A stretch of 54,792 nt of DNA from Bacteroidia bacterium (lineage in GTDB: Bacteria > Bacteroidota > Bacteroidia > AKYH767-A > OLB10). The DNA lies in NCBI GenBank assembly GCA_046330075.1, contig JAXLTL010000015.1, positions 1-54,792 on the forward strand. The letters are read 5' to 3'. This document shows positions 10,485 through 19,665 of the stretch, in pieces. The notes below the pieces were generated by a model. It did not search any database. It was not told where the DNA came from and saw only the letters and a program-made list of their open reading frames with translations. Numbering within the stretch: the first letter of the stretch is position 1; every line of letters starts with the position of its first letter. The position numbers were made by a program, and so were the translations under genes.

Positions 10485-11348
10485 TTAGCCCAGGTACGCT
10501 TTGAGCAGCTTGTTGCGGCTGTTCTGACGCAGGGTCTTGATGGCTTTTTCCTTGATCTGGCGCACACGCTCAGAGGTGAGGTCGAATTTCTCGCCGATCT
10601 CCTCCAGTGATAATCCATGCTGAATGCCGATGCCGTAAAACATCTTGATCACATCCTGTTCGCGCTCGCTTAATGTAGCCAGTGAACGGTTGATCTCCTT
10701 CTGCAAAGATTCGTTGATCAGCGCTGAGTCAGCACCGGGGCTATCGCCGTTTTCGAGTACATCGAGCAGCGTAGAGTCTTCTCCCTGCACCAGCGGTGCA
10801 TCCATACTTACGTGCTTGCCGGGCATTTTCATAGTGTTGGCTACCTTGTCCATGGGCAGGTCGAGGACCGCGCTTAATTCTTCCGGACTTGGTTCACGCT
10901 CATACTTCTGTTCGAGTTCGCTGAAGGCTTTCTTCACCTTGTTGGCTGCTCCCAACTGGTTGAGCGGGAGGCGCACAATACGGGCTTGTTCAGCCAGGGC
11001 CTGCATGATGCTTTGACGGATCCACCAAACCGCGTAGGAAATGAATTTAAAACCACGGGTTTCGTCGAATTTCTTGGCAGCTTTGATGAGGCCGAGATTA
11101 CCTTCGTTGATCAGATCGGGAAGGCTAAGACCTTGAGTCTGATACTGTTTCGCTACTGAAACCACGAAACGAAGGTTGGCACGTACTAGCTTTTCGAGGG
11201 CTTTTTGGTCGCCCTGACGAATACGGCGGGCGAGTTCTACTTCTTCCTGAGCGGTGATGAGTTCTTCCTTACCAATTTCCTGAAGATACTTCTCAAAAGA
11301 GGCGCTTTCGCGGTTGGTAATGGATTTGGTGATTTTTAGTTGACGCAT
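10485..11348 (-). CDS. rpoD: RNA polymerase primary sigma factor sigma-70/SigA (Bacteroidetes-type, 287 aa)
   Basis: Conserved region 2 ([13 protein letters not shown]), region 3 and region 4 ([16 protein letters not shown]...[27 protein letters not shown]). The size is typical of Bacteroidetes SigA. Confidence 0.95.
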   Translation of the reverse strand: MRQLKITKSITNRESASFEKYLQEIGKEELITAQEEVELARRIRQGDQKALEKLVRANLRFVVSVAKQYQTQGLSLPDLINEGNLGLIKAAKKFDETRGFKFISYAVWWIRQSIMQALAEQARIVRLPLNQLGAANKVKKAFSELEQKYEREPSPEELSAVLDLPMDKVANTMKMPGKHVSMDAPLVQGEDSTLLDVLENGDSPGADSALINESLQKEINRSLATLSEREQDVIKMFYGIGIQHGLSLEEIGEKFDLTSERVRQIKEKAIKTLRQNSRNKLLKAYLG

Positions 11349-11674
11349 ATCTTACTGGTTATGGGCACTTTGCTCACAGATAGAGTCTGGTTCGAGCGCA
11401 TTGGAAACGAGGCCGCAAGTTACACATTAAATTGTCCGTGTCAAGGGTTTTTAACACTGGCTTAACCTCAAAATGAACAATACCCTGTTCAATTCGGCTG
11501 ATTTCGAGCAAGTTTATGGCTAAAACAGGGATAAAAAAATTTTATTGTGCAGGGAAATGAATGTTCACCTATAAATTCAGGGTTAAACCGCAAGCTGTTC
11601 ATAAACTTCCGTACGGGGTGTTACAGATGAATCCAGTTGGGAGTATTTTTAAACCACCAAACAAGCCAGAAACC

Positions 11675-11908
11675 ATGAAATTTAATCGTGAACAACAGCG
11701 TGAGCTTAAAAAGATTGACGCTGCATTTGAGGTGCTGAAGAATTTTTCGGAGAAGGGTGCTGTAGAAGCCAATATCGTGTTAATGAAGTACGTAGCTCCC
11801 GACATGTATGAACAGCAGAAACAGGTGCTGAATCAACGCAACCGCAGTCGCCAGGAAGTGTTTGAAATGTCAAAGAAAAAATCTGAAAAAGCGAGCGTTC
11901 GTCATTGA
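11675..11908 (+). CDS. Small hypothetical protein (ORF open from 11561; likely start MKFNREQQRELKK...)
   Basis: Protein-like composition, divergent from rpoD, no recognisable domain. Confidence 0.3.
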   Translation: MKFNREQQRELKKIDAAFEVLKNFSEKGAVEANIVLMKYVAPDMYEQQKQVLNQRNRSRQEVFEMSKKKSEKASVRH

Positions 11909-12069
11909 GTTTCACTGCGTCTGTCATCCACTTTAACCGGAATCCGGAAATTTCCCGGCTCCTTATTTCTTCCATCTTTTCCAACCATCCTCCCTCAAAA
12001 ACGGTGATTTTATAGTCGCCGGGACACTTTTTTTGCTATTTTACCGCTCTCAAATCTGCCTGCATTTTC

Positions 12070-14217
12070 ATGCCATTACGCTTCCGGTTGCTTCGGTTCC
12101 GGTATTGGGCTGTCAGCCTGATGCTTATCTTCCTTGTGTCTGCTGTTCAGGCGCAGGAAGAGGATTTCTATAATCTGCTGTCGGAAGGTACTTCCGTCAA
12201 TTCTTTTCTGCGACCACAAACTTCGGGGCGGATGCTTCCCTTTGCCGGCAATGAAACGATCAACAAAAAGCGGTTAGACGCAGCCGTTGCCTCCAAAAAC
12301 GATAAGGTGATTATCGTGTCGGCAGGTAACCTCGGACTAATCTGCCTGAAAAAAGATAATGCCACTGCTGCGCTAAAGTACTTTAAGCAATCGCTCGAAG
12401 CAGCTGAAAGGATACATAACGAGAAGGCCACCGGAATTGCGGCCGTACAATGCGGAATTGCAGAATATCAGTTACGCAATTATGATAACGCATTGAAATA
12501 TTTTCAGCAGGGACTCGGCAGTATTGAACGACAGCAGCTGACCAAGGTGGTTCCTTTTGTAAACGCACAGATCGGGCAATGTTATAATGCACGGCACGAT
12601 AGCCGGGCTGAGGAATATTTCCTGAAAGCCGCCAAAGGTTTTGCTGCCAACGGCCAGAAAGTCCAGGCTGCTGCCTGCTACAATTCTGCCGGAGAAATGG
12701 ATTTGCGCAACAACGACTTCAAGCGTGCCACCGAATCATTTAACAACGGTCTTAACCTGATCACTTCAACCAGGGAAAACACATTGAAAGCAGTGTTATA
12801 CCGTAATCTGGGACTTACTGATTTTAAACGCGGCCGTTTTGAAGCCGCCATCATTTCCTTTCAGAAAAGTCTTTCGTTCGACAACCAGCTGATCGTTCAT
12901 AAGCTTTTAAAAGATACCTACATGCAGCTTTTCACTTATTACAGCTACAGCAACGACTTCGTGAAAGGAGACGCCTACCACGAGAAGTACCGTGACCTGA
13001 AAGATTCGCTCGACAGAGTAGTCAAGACGACGGTTTACTCGAAGTCGCGCCTGCAACAGGAACTCGAAGAGAAACAGCAGATCATCGACCTTTTACAAAA
13101 ACAATACGAAGAACAGGCCACTGCTTCCAACGCCAAAAATCTGGAGTTAAGTCAGATGATCACCAAAGGTGAGATCGAACTGCAGCAGAAGAACGAAGCG
13201 CTGGAACAGAAAACCGCAGAAGTAGAACAACTCACCCGTGAGAAGGCGATTCAGGAACGGGATATCGCCCGTCAGGAGCTGCAGATTTCTGAACAAAAGA
13301 GTTTTCGCAATCTTCTCATTGCCATCGCCGTTATAGCGTTGCTGCTGGCCTTCATGCTCTATAACCGCTATTCTATTAAGAAGAAATCAAATAAAAAACT
13401 GACAGAGAGTAATCAGGAACTGGAAGAAACGCTGGCTCAGTTAAGGGCCACACAGGATCAGCTGGTACAGGCGGAGAAGATGGCTTCTCTTGGCCAGCTT
13501 ACTGCCGGTATCGCGCATGAAATACAGAATCCGCTGAACTTCGTCAATAACTTTTCTGAAGGCTCTCTGGATCTGATTGATGAACTGGAAGAAGCCACCA
13601 ATGATGAAGAGCGGAAAGAGCTGGCAGAGGAGATCCGGGTCAGCCTGAAGAAAATAAACGAGCACGGTAAACGGGCTGCCCGGATTGTGCGCAGTATGTT
13701 GCAACACAGCCGGCAGGGAACAGGTGAGAAAGAGATTACCGACATCAATCAGGTGCTCCATGAAGCTGTGAACCTGGCTTATCATGGCATGCGGGCTACT
13801 TATAAGGATTTTCAGTCGGCGTTACAGGAAAACCTTGACCCGAATGTACCGAAGCTGATGATGGTGACGCAGGATTTCAGTCGTGTATTGCTCAATATCG
13901 CCAACAATGCCTTCTATGCGATGCGGGAAAAGACCCTGAAGGGATCCACAACTCCATCTGCCCTGCAAACCAGCACAAGGCTCAACAACGACCGGGTGGT
14001 AATTATCATCACTGATAACGGTCCCGGCATACCGAAGTCATACCTCGACAAGATCTTCCAGCCTTTCTTCACCACCAAGCCTACCGGACAGGGCACCGGT
14101 CTGGGCCTCAGTATCAGTTACGATATCATCAAAGCACACGGAGGCACCTTACAGGTTGACAGCATTGAAAACGAAGGCACCACCTTCACCATAGAAATTC
14201 CCGTTAAGAGTATATAG
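12070..14217 (+). CDS. Sensor histidine kinase with signal peptide, periplasmic TPR-like repeats, coiled-coil, one TM helix, HisKA and HATPase_c
   Basis: Signal peptide MPLRFRLLRFRYWAVSLMLIFLVSAVQAQ. TM segment LLIAIAVIALLLAFMLY. H-box LTAGIAHEIQNPLNFV. N/G1/G2 boxes (NNAFYAM, DNGPGI, GTGLGLSIS). Confidence 0.9.
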   Translation: MPLRFRLLRFRYWAVSLMLIFLVSAVQAQEEDFYNLLSEGTSVNSFLRPQTSGRMLPFAGNETINKKRLDAAVASKNDKVIIVSAGNLGLICLKKDNATAALKYFKQSLEAAERIHNEKATGIAAVQCGIAEYQLRNYDNALKYFQQGLGSIERQQLTKVVPFVNAQIGQCYNARHDSRAEEYFLKAAKGFAANGQKVQAAACYNSAGEMDLRNNDFKRATESFNNGLNLITSTRENTLKAVLYRNLGLTDFKRGRFEAAIISFQKSLSFDNQLIVHKLLKDTYMQLFTYYSYSNDFVKGDAYHEKYRDLKDSLDRVVKTTVYSKSRLQQELEEKQQIIDLLQKQYEEQATASNAKNLELSQMITKGEIELQQKNEALEQKTAEVEQLTREKAIQERDIARQELQISEQKSFRNLLIAIAVIALLLAFMLYNRYSIKKKSNKKLTESNQELEETLAQLRATQDQLVQAEKMASLGQLTAGIAHEIQNPLNFVNNFSEGSLDLIDELEEATNDEERKELAEEIRVSLKKINEHGKRAARIVRSMLQHSRQGTGEKEITDINQVLHEAVNLAYHGMRATYKDFQSALQENLDPNVPKLMMVTQDFSRVLLNIANNAFYAMREKTLKGSTTPSALQTSTRLNNDRVVIIITDNGPGIPKSYLDKIFQPFFTTKPTGQGTGLGLSISYDIIKAHGGTLQVDSIENEGTTFTIEIPVKSI

Positions 14218-14220
14218 ATC

Positions 14221-14622
14221 ATGGCCATCAAACTACTGGTTGTCGACGATGAACAAGACATAGAGATGCTCTTCCGGCAACGGCTGCGCAAGCTGCTGAA
14301 AGAAGAGCTGATAGAGATACAGTTTGCCTTCAGCGGAGAAGAAGCCCTGCGTTATCTCTCCGAGATGGAAGAACCGGATATTGCACTGATTCTGTCTGAC
14401 ATCAACATGCCGGGCATGTCGGGTTTCGAACTGCTGCAGCGGGTAAAAGCAAAGTTTCCGGAAATGAAAGTCATGATGATCACAGCCTATGGCGATGAAG
14501 AACATCAGGAAAAAGCACGCGCGCTGGGAGCTTACGATTTCCTTACCAAGCCTCTTGACTTCAAAGAACTTGAACTGCGGCTGCTGAACGCTGAAAACAA
14601 CGAAGACGAAAGCGAAGCATGA
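14221..14622 (+). CDS. Stand-alone response-regulator receiver (CheY-like) protein
   Basis: VVDDEQD, phospho-acceptor D in LSDINMPGMSG, T (MMITAY) and K (LTKP). No output domain. Confidence 0.9.
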   Translation: MAIKLLVVDDEQDIEMLFRQRLRKLLKEELIEIQFAFSGEEALRYLSEMEEPDIALILSDINMPGMSGFELLQRVKAKFPEMKVMMITAYGDEEHQEKARALGAYDFLTKPLDFKELELRLLNAENNEDESEA

Positions 14623-15266
14623 AAACACTGATTTCACTGGCTATCCTCCTTTGTTCTGTTCTGAATCTGCAGGCACAGAAGAAACCGGCGATTGTCAACC
14701 TCAGTCTTACAAAGCCCGAGAAAGCCATCCTATACATCGGCGTGGACAATATCCTTTCGGTACGCGGGGAGATGACAGGAAAAGAGTTTCATCTGGAACG
14801 CAGCAATGGTCCGCTGGAACTCAAAGCCGGTACGCAACTACGTGCTGTGCTGCGTTACGAAGCAGCCGGCCGCGACACCTTCCGTCTCTTCGCAGGCGAC
14901 CACCTGATTGCCGAGAAGGTATATGAAATCATTCCCACGGGCAACTACGGTGCCATGCTTGCCCTTACTAACGACAGCGTAGTAACGAAATCAGCACTCA
15001 TCAAAGCGAAGAAAGTGGTTGCAACCATGCCCGGAACATATTACCGGCCTGGTGAAAAAGTAGTGACCTACACGATCACTGCGCTGCAGAACGGAAAGAA
15101 AATCAAACAATGGAAGATAGAAGGTGCCAGCTTCAATGAAACCTTTGCAGCGGCTGTAGCTGACCTGCCGGCCGGCACCGTACTGCTCTTCGATGCAATA
15201 AAAATCAGCCATAAAACGAAAGGGCTTCTCCCTGTGCCGCCCTTCCGTATCACTCTACAGGATTAG
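14619..15266 (+). CDS. Secreted hypothetical protein embedded in the two-component operon
   Basis: 215-aa ORF with signal peptide MKTLISLAILLCSVLNLQAQ. Its start overlaps the preceding stop by 4 bp. Confidence 0.7.
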   Translation: MKTLISLAILLCSVLNLQAQKKPAIVNLSLTKPEKAILYIGVDNILSVRGEMTGKEFHLERSNGPLELKAGTQLRAVLRYEAAGRDTFRLFAGDHLIAEKVYEIIPTGNYGAMLALTNDSVVTKSALIKAKKVVATMPGTYYRPGEKVVTYTITALQNGKKIKQWKIEGASFNETFAAAVADLPAGTVLLFDAIKISHKTKGLLPVPPFRITLQD

Positions 15267-15280
15267 CAAAACCCAACACT

Positions 15281-16858
15281 ATGTCAGAAAGTATACACAT
15301 CCTTTTCGCCGACGATGAAGTAGATCTGGAAGCGCTCATCAAACAACGATTCCGAAAGCAGATCCGTGAAGGGGTGCTGCAGGTCAGCTTTGCGCACAAC
15401 GGTGAAGAAGCTATTCAGAAGATCCGTGAAGATCAATCGATCGGCATTCTCGTTACCGACATCAACATGCCGGTGATGGATGGTCTCACGTTGCTCAATG
15501 AACTTAAAAGCATTGAGCGACCTATGAGGGCGATTGTAGCCTCCGCTTACGGCGACATGGGCAATATCCGTACCGCGATGAACCGTGGTGCCTACGACTT
15601 CGTCACCAAGCCCATCGACTTCACCGACCTCGAAACCACCATTCAGAAAACCATTGACGATTTAAAAGTATTGCTGGATGGATTAAAGGCTAAAGAAAAT
15701 CTGAGTGTAGCTGTTGAAGAAAAAGAGATGGCGGAACGCAGTGCAGCCTTCAAGCAGCAATTCCTCGCCAACATGAGTCATGAAATCCGTACTCCACTCA
15801 ATGCAGTGGTAGGAATGACCAATCTGCTGCTCGACAAAGGCCCCCGCGACGATCAGATGCGGTATCTCACGGCGATGCGCCAGGCGAGTAATAACCTGCT
15901 CAACATCATCAACGACATTCTCGATATCTCGAAGATCGAAGCCGGAAAAATCTTGCTTGAAGAAATCGACTTCGATGTGCCGTATACAGTCGATGGAGTC
16001 TATCAGACCTTGCACCTGCGTGCTGAAAGTCAGAAGCTCAAACTCGAATACCATATCGCTCAGGACGTGCCGAAATGGCTCAAAGGAGATCCGACACGGC
16101 TCACGCAGATCCTCATCAACCTCACCGGCAACGCCATCAAATTCACGCCTGAAGGAGGTACTGTTACCATCAATATCAAACTCGAAAAAGCAGGAGATCC
16201 CAACTGGGTACGATTTGAAGTAACCGATACCGGAATTGGTATCTCGCCTGATCAGATCAATAAAATATTCGAAAGCTTTTCGCAGGAAAGCAGCGACACC
16301 ACCCGCAAATACGGTGGAACCGGACTCGGACTCACCATCTCTAAAAATCTGGTAGAGTTACAAGGTGGTACACTTCAGGTCAGCAGTACGAAAGGCGTAG
16401 GCACCACTTTCTGGTTTCTCATTCCTTACAAAACCGGAGAAGAAATCAGGAAGGAAGAAAAAACGATTGATACCTCCAATCTGCGTCCCCTAACGGTACT
16501 CCTTGCCGAAGATCAGCCCATGAACCAGATGGTGGCTATCGACACACTGGAAGGGATGTTTCCCGGCATCACCATTGATGTTGCGAATAACGGTCAGGAA
16601 GCGGTAGAACATGCCGGCAAGAAAAAATACGACCTTATTTTTATGGACGTACACATGCCGGTGATGGATGGTTACAATGCCACGCTCAACATCCGGAATT
16701 CAGGAGGTCCTAATGCACAAAGTCCGATTCTGGCCCTGACTGCCAATGCCGTAAAAGAAGAAATCGACAAATGTCTGGAGTCAGGAATGAACCGGCATTT
16801 GGCCAAACCTTTCGAACCGGAAAAACTGAAACAAACTGTAATTGAATTAACTGCATAA
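15281..16858 (+). CDS. Cytoplasmic hybrid histidine kinase with domain order REC-HisKA-HATPase_c-REC
   Basis: N-terminal receiver paralogous to the 14221 gene ([17 protein letters not shown]...[10 protein letters not shown]). H-box [13 protein letters not shown]-boxes TDTGIGI and [11 protein letters not shown]-terminal receiver ([10 protein letters not shown]...[11 protein letters not shown]...LAKPF). No TM helix. Confidence 0.9.
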   Translation: MSESIHILFADDEVDLEALIKQRFRKQIREGVLQVSFAHNGEEAIQKIREDQSIGILVTDINMPVMDGLTLLNELKSIERPMRAIVASAYGDMGNIRTAMNRGAYDFVTKPIDFTDLETTIQKTIDDLKVLLDGLKAKENLSVAVEEKEMAERSAAFKQQFLANMSHEIRTPLNAVVGMTNLLLDKGPRDDQMRYLTAMRQASNNLLNIINDILDISKIEAGKILLEEIDFDVPYTVDGVYQTLHLRAESQKLKLEYHIAQDVPKWLKGDPTRLTQILINLTGNAIKFTPEGGTVTINIKLEKAGDPNWVRFEVTDTGIGISPDQINKIFESFSQESSDTTRKYGGTGLGLTISKNLVELQGGTLQVSSTKGVGTTFWFLIPYKTGEEIRKEEKTIDTSNLRPLTVLLAEDQPMNQMVAIDTLEGMFPGITIDVANNGQEAVEHAGKKKYDLIFMDVHMPVMDGYNATLNIRNSGGPNAQSPILALTANAVKEEIDKCLESGMNRHLAKPFEPEKLKQTVIELTA

Positions 16859-16898
16859 AGAAAGTTCGCCTCAAATTCCCAAGAAGCGGGGATTCCAG

Positions 16899-17297
16899 AT
16901 GGCACCTGTGCTCACAATTTCTATCTTTACCCCAATGGATCAAACCAAACAACTCACCGACCTCACTTACCTCCGCAGTTTAACCGGAGGCGCCAACGAC
17001 AAGATGGCAAAATATATCCGCATGTTTCTCACCGGAGCACCCATCAGCATTCAGCAAATGGACCTCTACCTGATGAGCAAAGACTATGCAGGAGTACGGC
17101 AAACGGCACATGCACTTAAGCCTCAACTGGGCTATTTCGGTGCGAAAGGATCTGAAGAACTGGTCAAGGAAATAGAACGTCTTTCCGGTGATCAGGTAGA
17201 TACCGACCGTATTCAGGGATTACTTGAAAACTTCCGTAAACAATATGACATTATCAGCGCTGAGCTGGACATTGCGCTGAAAGAACTCGAAAAATAA
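16899..17297 (+). CDS. Hpt (histidine phosphotransfer) domain protein; likely real start MDQTKQL at 16938
   Basis: Motif RQTAHALKPQLGYFGAKG matches the Hpt consensus AHxLKGxxxxxGA around the phospho-His. About 120 aa, helical. Confidence 0.75.
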   Translation: MAPVLTISIFTPMDQTKQLTDLTYLRSLTGGANDKMAKYIRMFLTGAPISIQQMDLYLMSKDYAGVRQTAHALKPQLGYFGAKGSEELVKEIERLSGDQVDTDRIQGLLENFRKQYDIISAELDIALKELEK

Positions 17298-17303
17298 AAA
17301 TCA

Positions 17304-17825
17304 ATGGCTGAAAAAACCCTCATCTACATTGTAGATGACGAACCGCTTCAACGCGAATTGCTCAAAGACAACCTGTCGAAAATGTCAGGTTACGAGATTC
17401 ATGACTTTCCAACAGGAGAAGAATGTCTCGCAGCCACTAAAGTACGCATGCCTGAAATCGTTTTCATGGACTACTACCTGAACTCACAGGTAAAAGATGC
17501 GATGGATGGTATTGATGTGCTGAAAGAACTGAAGAAACTCTATCCAGAGATGGAAGTTGTAATGATTTCCGGACAAGATAAAATTGAAGTGGCCGTCAAT
17601 ACGATGAAATATGGTGCATTCGACTACATAGTAAAAGGCGAAGGCGCATTTCTTCGGGCAGAAAAAGCCATTTTCAATATTTACAGGTATAAGAAACTGG
17701 CCGGTAATGCCAGCCGTTATAAGAAACTGATGCTGCTCTTTGGCATCGGCATGCTGTTGATGATTATTCTGGTGATCTTCCTGCAGATGAATGGATATAT
17801 TCGGTCGAGTCCGGGCTGGATTTGA
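17304..17825 (+). CDS. Response-regulator receiver domain fused to a C-terminal transmembrane helix (tail-anchored receiver)
   Basis: IYIVDDEP, D in FMDYYLN, MISGQ, and K in YIVKGEG. C-terminal hydrophobic helix LMLLFGIGMLLMIILVIFLQ. No DNA-binding domain. Confidence 0.85.
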   Translation: MAEKTLIYIVDDEPLQRELLKDNLSKMSGYEIHDFPTGEECLAATKVRMPEIVFMDYYLNSQVKDAMDGIDVLKELKKLYPEMEVVMISGQDKIEVAVNTMKYGAFDYIVKGEGAFLRAEKAIFNIYRYKKLAGNASRYKKLMLLFGIGMLLMIILVIFLQMNGYIRSSPGWI

Positions 17826-17873
17826 TACGGCGGTCATCTCGATACAACCATACGGCGGTCATCTCGATACAAC
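17824..17873. repeat. 2 x 25-bp perfect direct repeat ATACGGCGGTCATCTCGATACAACC starting at the stop codon of the 17304 gene
   Basis: Exact tandem duplication read directly from the sequence. Confidence 0.9.
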
Positions 17874-17926
17874 CATAAAGTAAAAAAGAGAAGTTAAACG
17901 ATGTTTAACTTCTCTTTTTTACTTTA
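17874..17926. repeat. Long near-perfect inverted repeat: ~25-bp AT-rich arms, 4-nt loop, one bulged T
   Basis: ATAAAGT(T)AAAAAAGAGAAGTTAAAC gatg TTTAACTTCTCTTTTTTACTTTAT. May act as a terminator, but it is far longer than a typical stem. Confidence 0.85.
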
Positions 17927-17930
17927 TGGT

Positions 17931-18065
17931 CACTCGATGACCTTACATTACACTCGATGACCTTACATTACACTCGATGACCTTACATTACACTCGATGA
18001 CCTTACATTACAGTCGATGACCTTACATTTTACTCGATGACCTTACATTGCACGCGATGACCTTT
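17931..18065. repeat. Tandem 20-bp repeat (CACTCGATGACCTTACATTA), 6.75 copies with point variants in the last copies
   Basis: Units begin at 17931, 17951, 17971, 17991, 18011, 18031 and 18051 (partial). The core TCGATGACC resembles the reverse complement of GGTCATCTCGA in the upstream 25-bp repeats. Confidence 0.9.
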
Positions 18066-18137
18066 GGTTGACTTCTCCATTACTCCTGAAGCTTGTAGCC
18101 TGTAGCCTGCTCCCGTTGCTTGCAACGGGACTGAAGC

Positions 18138-18168
18138 AAAAAACGGCTGCCGTGCAGCCGTTTTTTTT
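18138..18168. terminator. Strong bidirectional rho-independent terminator
   Basis: A6 run, stem AACGGCTGC, loop CGT, stem GCAGCCGTT, then a T8 run. Preceded by a second GC hairpin CCCGTTGCttGCAACGGG at 18109..18128. Confidence 0.75.
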
Positions 18169-18198
18169 AATAACCGGGCCCGCCAGCTTTGCCCTAAT

Positions 18199-18222
18199 CC
18201 TATTCATTGACCATGAATATTT
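18199..18222. promoter_or_regulatory. Copy 1 of a 24-bp element containing the perfect palindrome TATTCAT-TGACC-ATGAATA (operator-like 7-5-7)
   Basis: CCTATTCATTGACCATGAATATTT; a wider ~36-bp repeat GCCCTAATCCTATTCATTGACCATGAATATTT spans 18191..18227. Confidence 0.5.
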
Positions 18223-18318
18223 GCCAGCGGAACCCGGTTGTATCGTCAGACAATAAAAGATAGCTTCTATTGAAAATTTCTGCGTAAAGACCCTCCGGGA
18301 ATGCCCACGCGTGCCCTA

Positions 18319-18342
18319 TCCTATTCATTGACCATGAATATT
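18319..18342. promoter_or_regulatory. Copy 2 of the same palindromic element, 120 bp downstream of copy 1
   Basis: Identical 24-bp core CCTATTCATTGACCATGAATATTT, with flank GCCCTATCC. Confidence 0.5.
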
Positions 18343-18483
18343 TACAGGCAAATCCGGGAAGTTCCTTCCGCTTATTTTTTTAAGGTATAATCCTTAACCA
18401 GCCTATTTATCTTGAATAGTTTGTATAGAATTCCAACGGCAAACAATACAGTACCTATCCATAATAGCGTGGATGTTTCCATA

Positions 18484-18897
18484 TCATTCATGTTTCTCGG
18501 TTTCAGGATGCATACATAATCCCACAATGCGATGAAAAACATCATGAAGTGCCGCCAGTGCTTTCTCCACTGTTTCGTCGCTGGCGTTGTTATCGATATC
18601 TTTCTTTAATGCGGCAGCTCCGGTTTTCAAATCAGCAATTGCTGTCTTGACTTTTTCGTTGTTCAGATTGTCCGGAATTTTCGAAGCTGCGAGTGCATCT
18701 GCCTTGGTTTTAAACTCGTCGATGCGGGTGCGGATAGGCTGCAGATTTCCCTCTTCGGAAGGATGATAGGTTTGCGACATGACACCGTGGAAGGCTTTCA
18801 GTTCGGGCCAGGTATCAAATGCGGATTTATTATTGTCCTGACTATATGCAGTGACAGCGGCCACTACGAATAGCAGGGCCATGATCATTTTTTTCAT
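18484..18897 (-). CDS. Secreted hypothetical protein, helical, with His-rich C-terminus HPETEKHE
   Basis: 137-aa ORF with signal peptide MKKMIMALLFVVAAVTAYSQ. Confidence 0.6.
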   Translation of the reverse strand: MKKMIMALLFVVAAVTAYSQDNNKSAFDTWPELKAFHGVMSQTYHPSEEGNLQPIRTRIDEFKTKADALAASKIPDNLNNEKVKTAIADLKTGAAALKKDIDNNASDETVEKALAALHDVFHRIVGLCMHPETEKHE

Positions 18898-18997
18898 GAG
18901 ATTAATTTGAATGAATAGAATAAGTGAACATCATCCTCATGGATGAAAACAGCGCATTATATCTCCAGCAGGAGATTATAAGTCATGCAGGAAATGA

Positions 18998-19363
18998 TCA
19001 GGCCATGGAGGGCGGATGGAAAACAGACGATCTGAATCCGCTGATTTCAAAAGGTTCATTCATTATAAGCGGTTCGATTTCCTGTTGCTGATAAACGATC
19101 AACTGAACAGGGTTCGAAACAACACCGGAAACGATTTCATTTTTCTCTTTCACCGAAGAACTTTGCTCACGTGATTCAGTCTGCTGCATTTCCTTCTTCA
19201 GATAACATTTACCATGACAACAGGAATTCTTCACTTCCTTATTCACGCAAAGCTCTTTCGAGATATATTTCAAATTGATTTCATATCCTGCCCATACAAT
19301 CAGCTGACTCAGCGATTGCATGACGATAGTAAATACCAAAGCGATGCTCAGGATACGACGCAT
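18998..19363 (-). CDS. Membrane-anchored hypothetical protein with Cys-rich motif C..NSCCHGKC
   Basis: 121-aa ORF with N-terminal hydrophobic segment ILSIALVFTIVMQSLSQLIVWAG. Same strand as and just upstream of the 18484 gene. Confidence 0.5.
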   Translation of the reverse strand: MRRILSIALVFTIVMQSLSQLIVWAGYEINLKYISKELCVNKEVKNSCCHGKCYLKKEMQQTESREQSSSVKEKNEIVSGVVSNPVQLIVYQQQEIEPLIMNEPFEISGFRSSVFHPPSMA

Positions 19364-19665
19364 GCGCCAAATGTACGTGAAAAATTATACCTCATTATCA
19401 TTTTCTGAAAATTTAATGTCATCATTTGAACCTTTTGTCGTCCTCGCCAGCGTATCCGATTTGGCATTTACTGCAAAAACGCACGTCTTGCTGCCAAATA
19501 AAAAACGGATCAGCATCATTTATAAAAAACTGAATTTCAATCAGAAATAGCCGTACATAGCCCTTTAGGACGAAGCTTCTCAGAAATCATCAGACCAAAA
19601 TTTTACAAAAACGGTCAAACCAAATTTCACAACCGGCTGTTATCCGTTGACAAAGCATCATATCC

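Noticed and set aside
17808-17822. AGTCCGGGCT resembling the RNase P RNA P4 region
   Set aside because: It lies inside a well-supported coding sequence (RSSPGWI at the receiver C-terminus), and no ~350-nt non-coding RNA context exists.
12168-17837. Numerous antisense ORFs (60-134 aa) inside the histidine-kinase and response-regulator genes
   Set aside because: They are embedded in high-confidence genes on the opposite strand and arise from GC-rich codon bias; no independent support.
17931-18065. 20-bp tandem repeats considered as a CRISPR array
   Set aside because: Units are directly abutting with no unique spacers and no cas genes nearby; this is a tandem repeat or minisatellite, not CRISPR.
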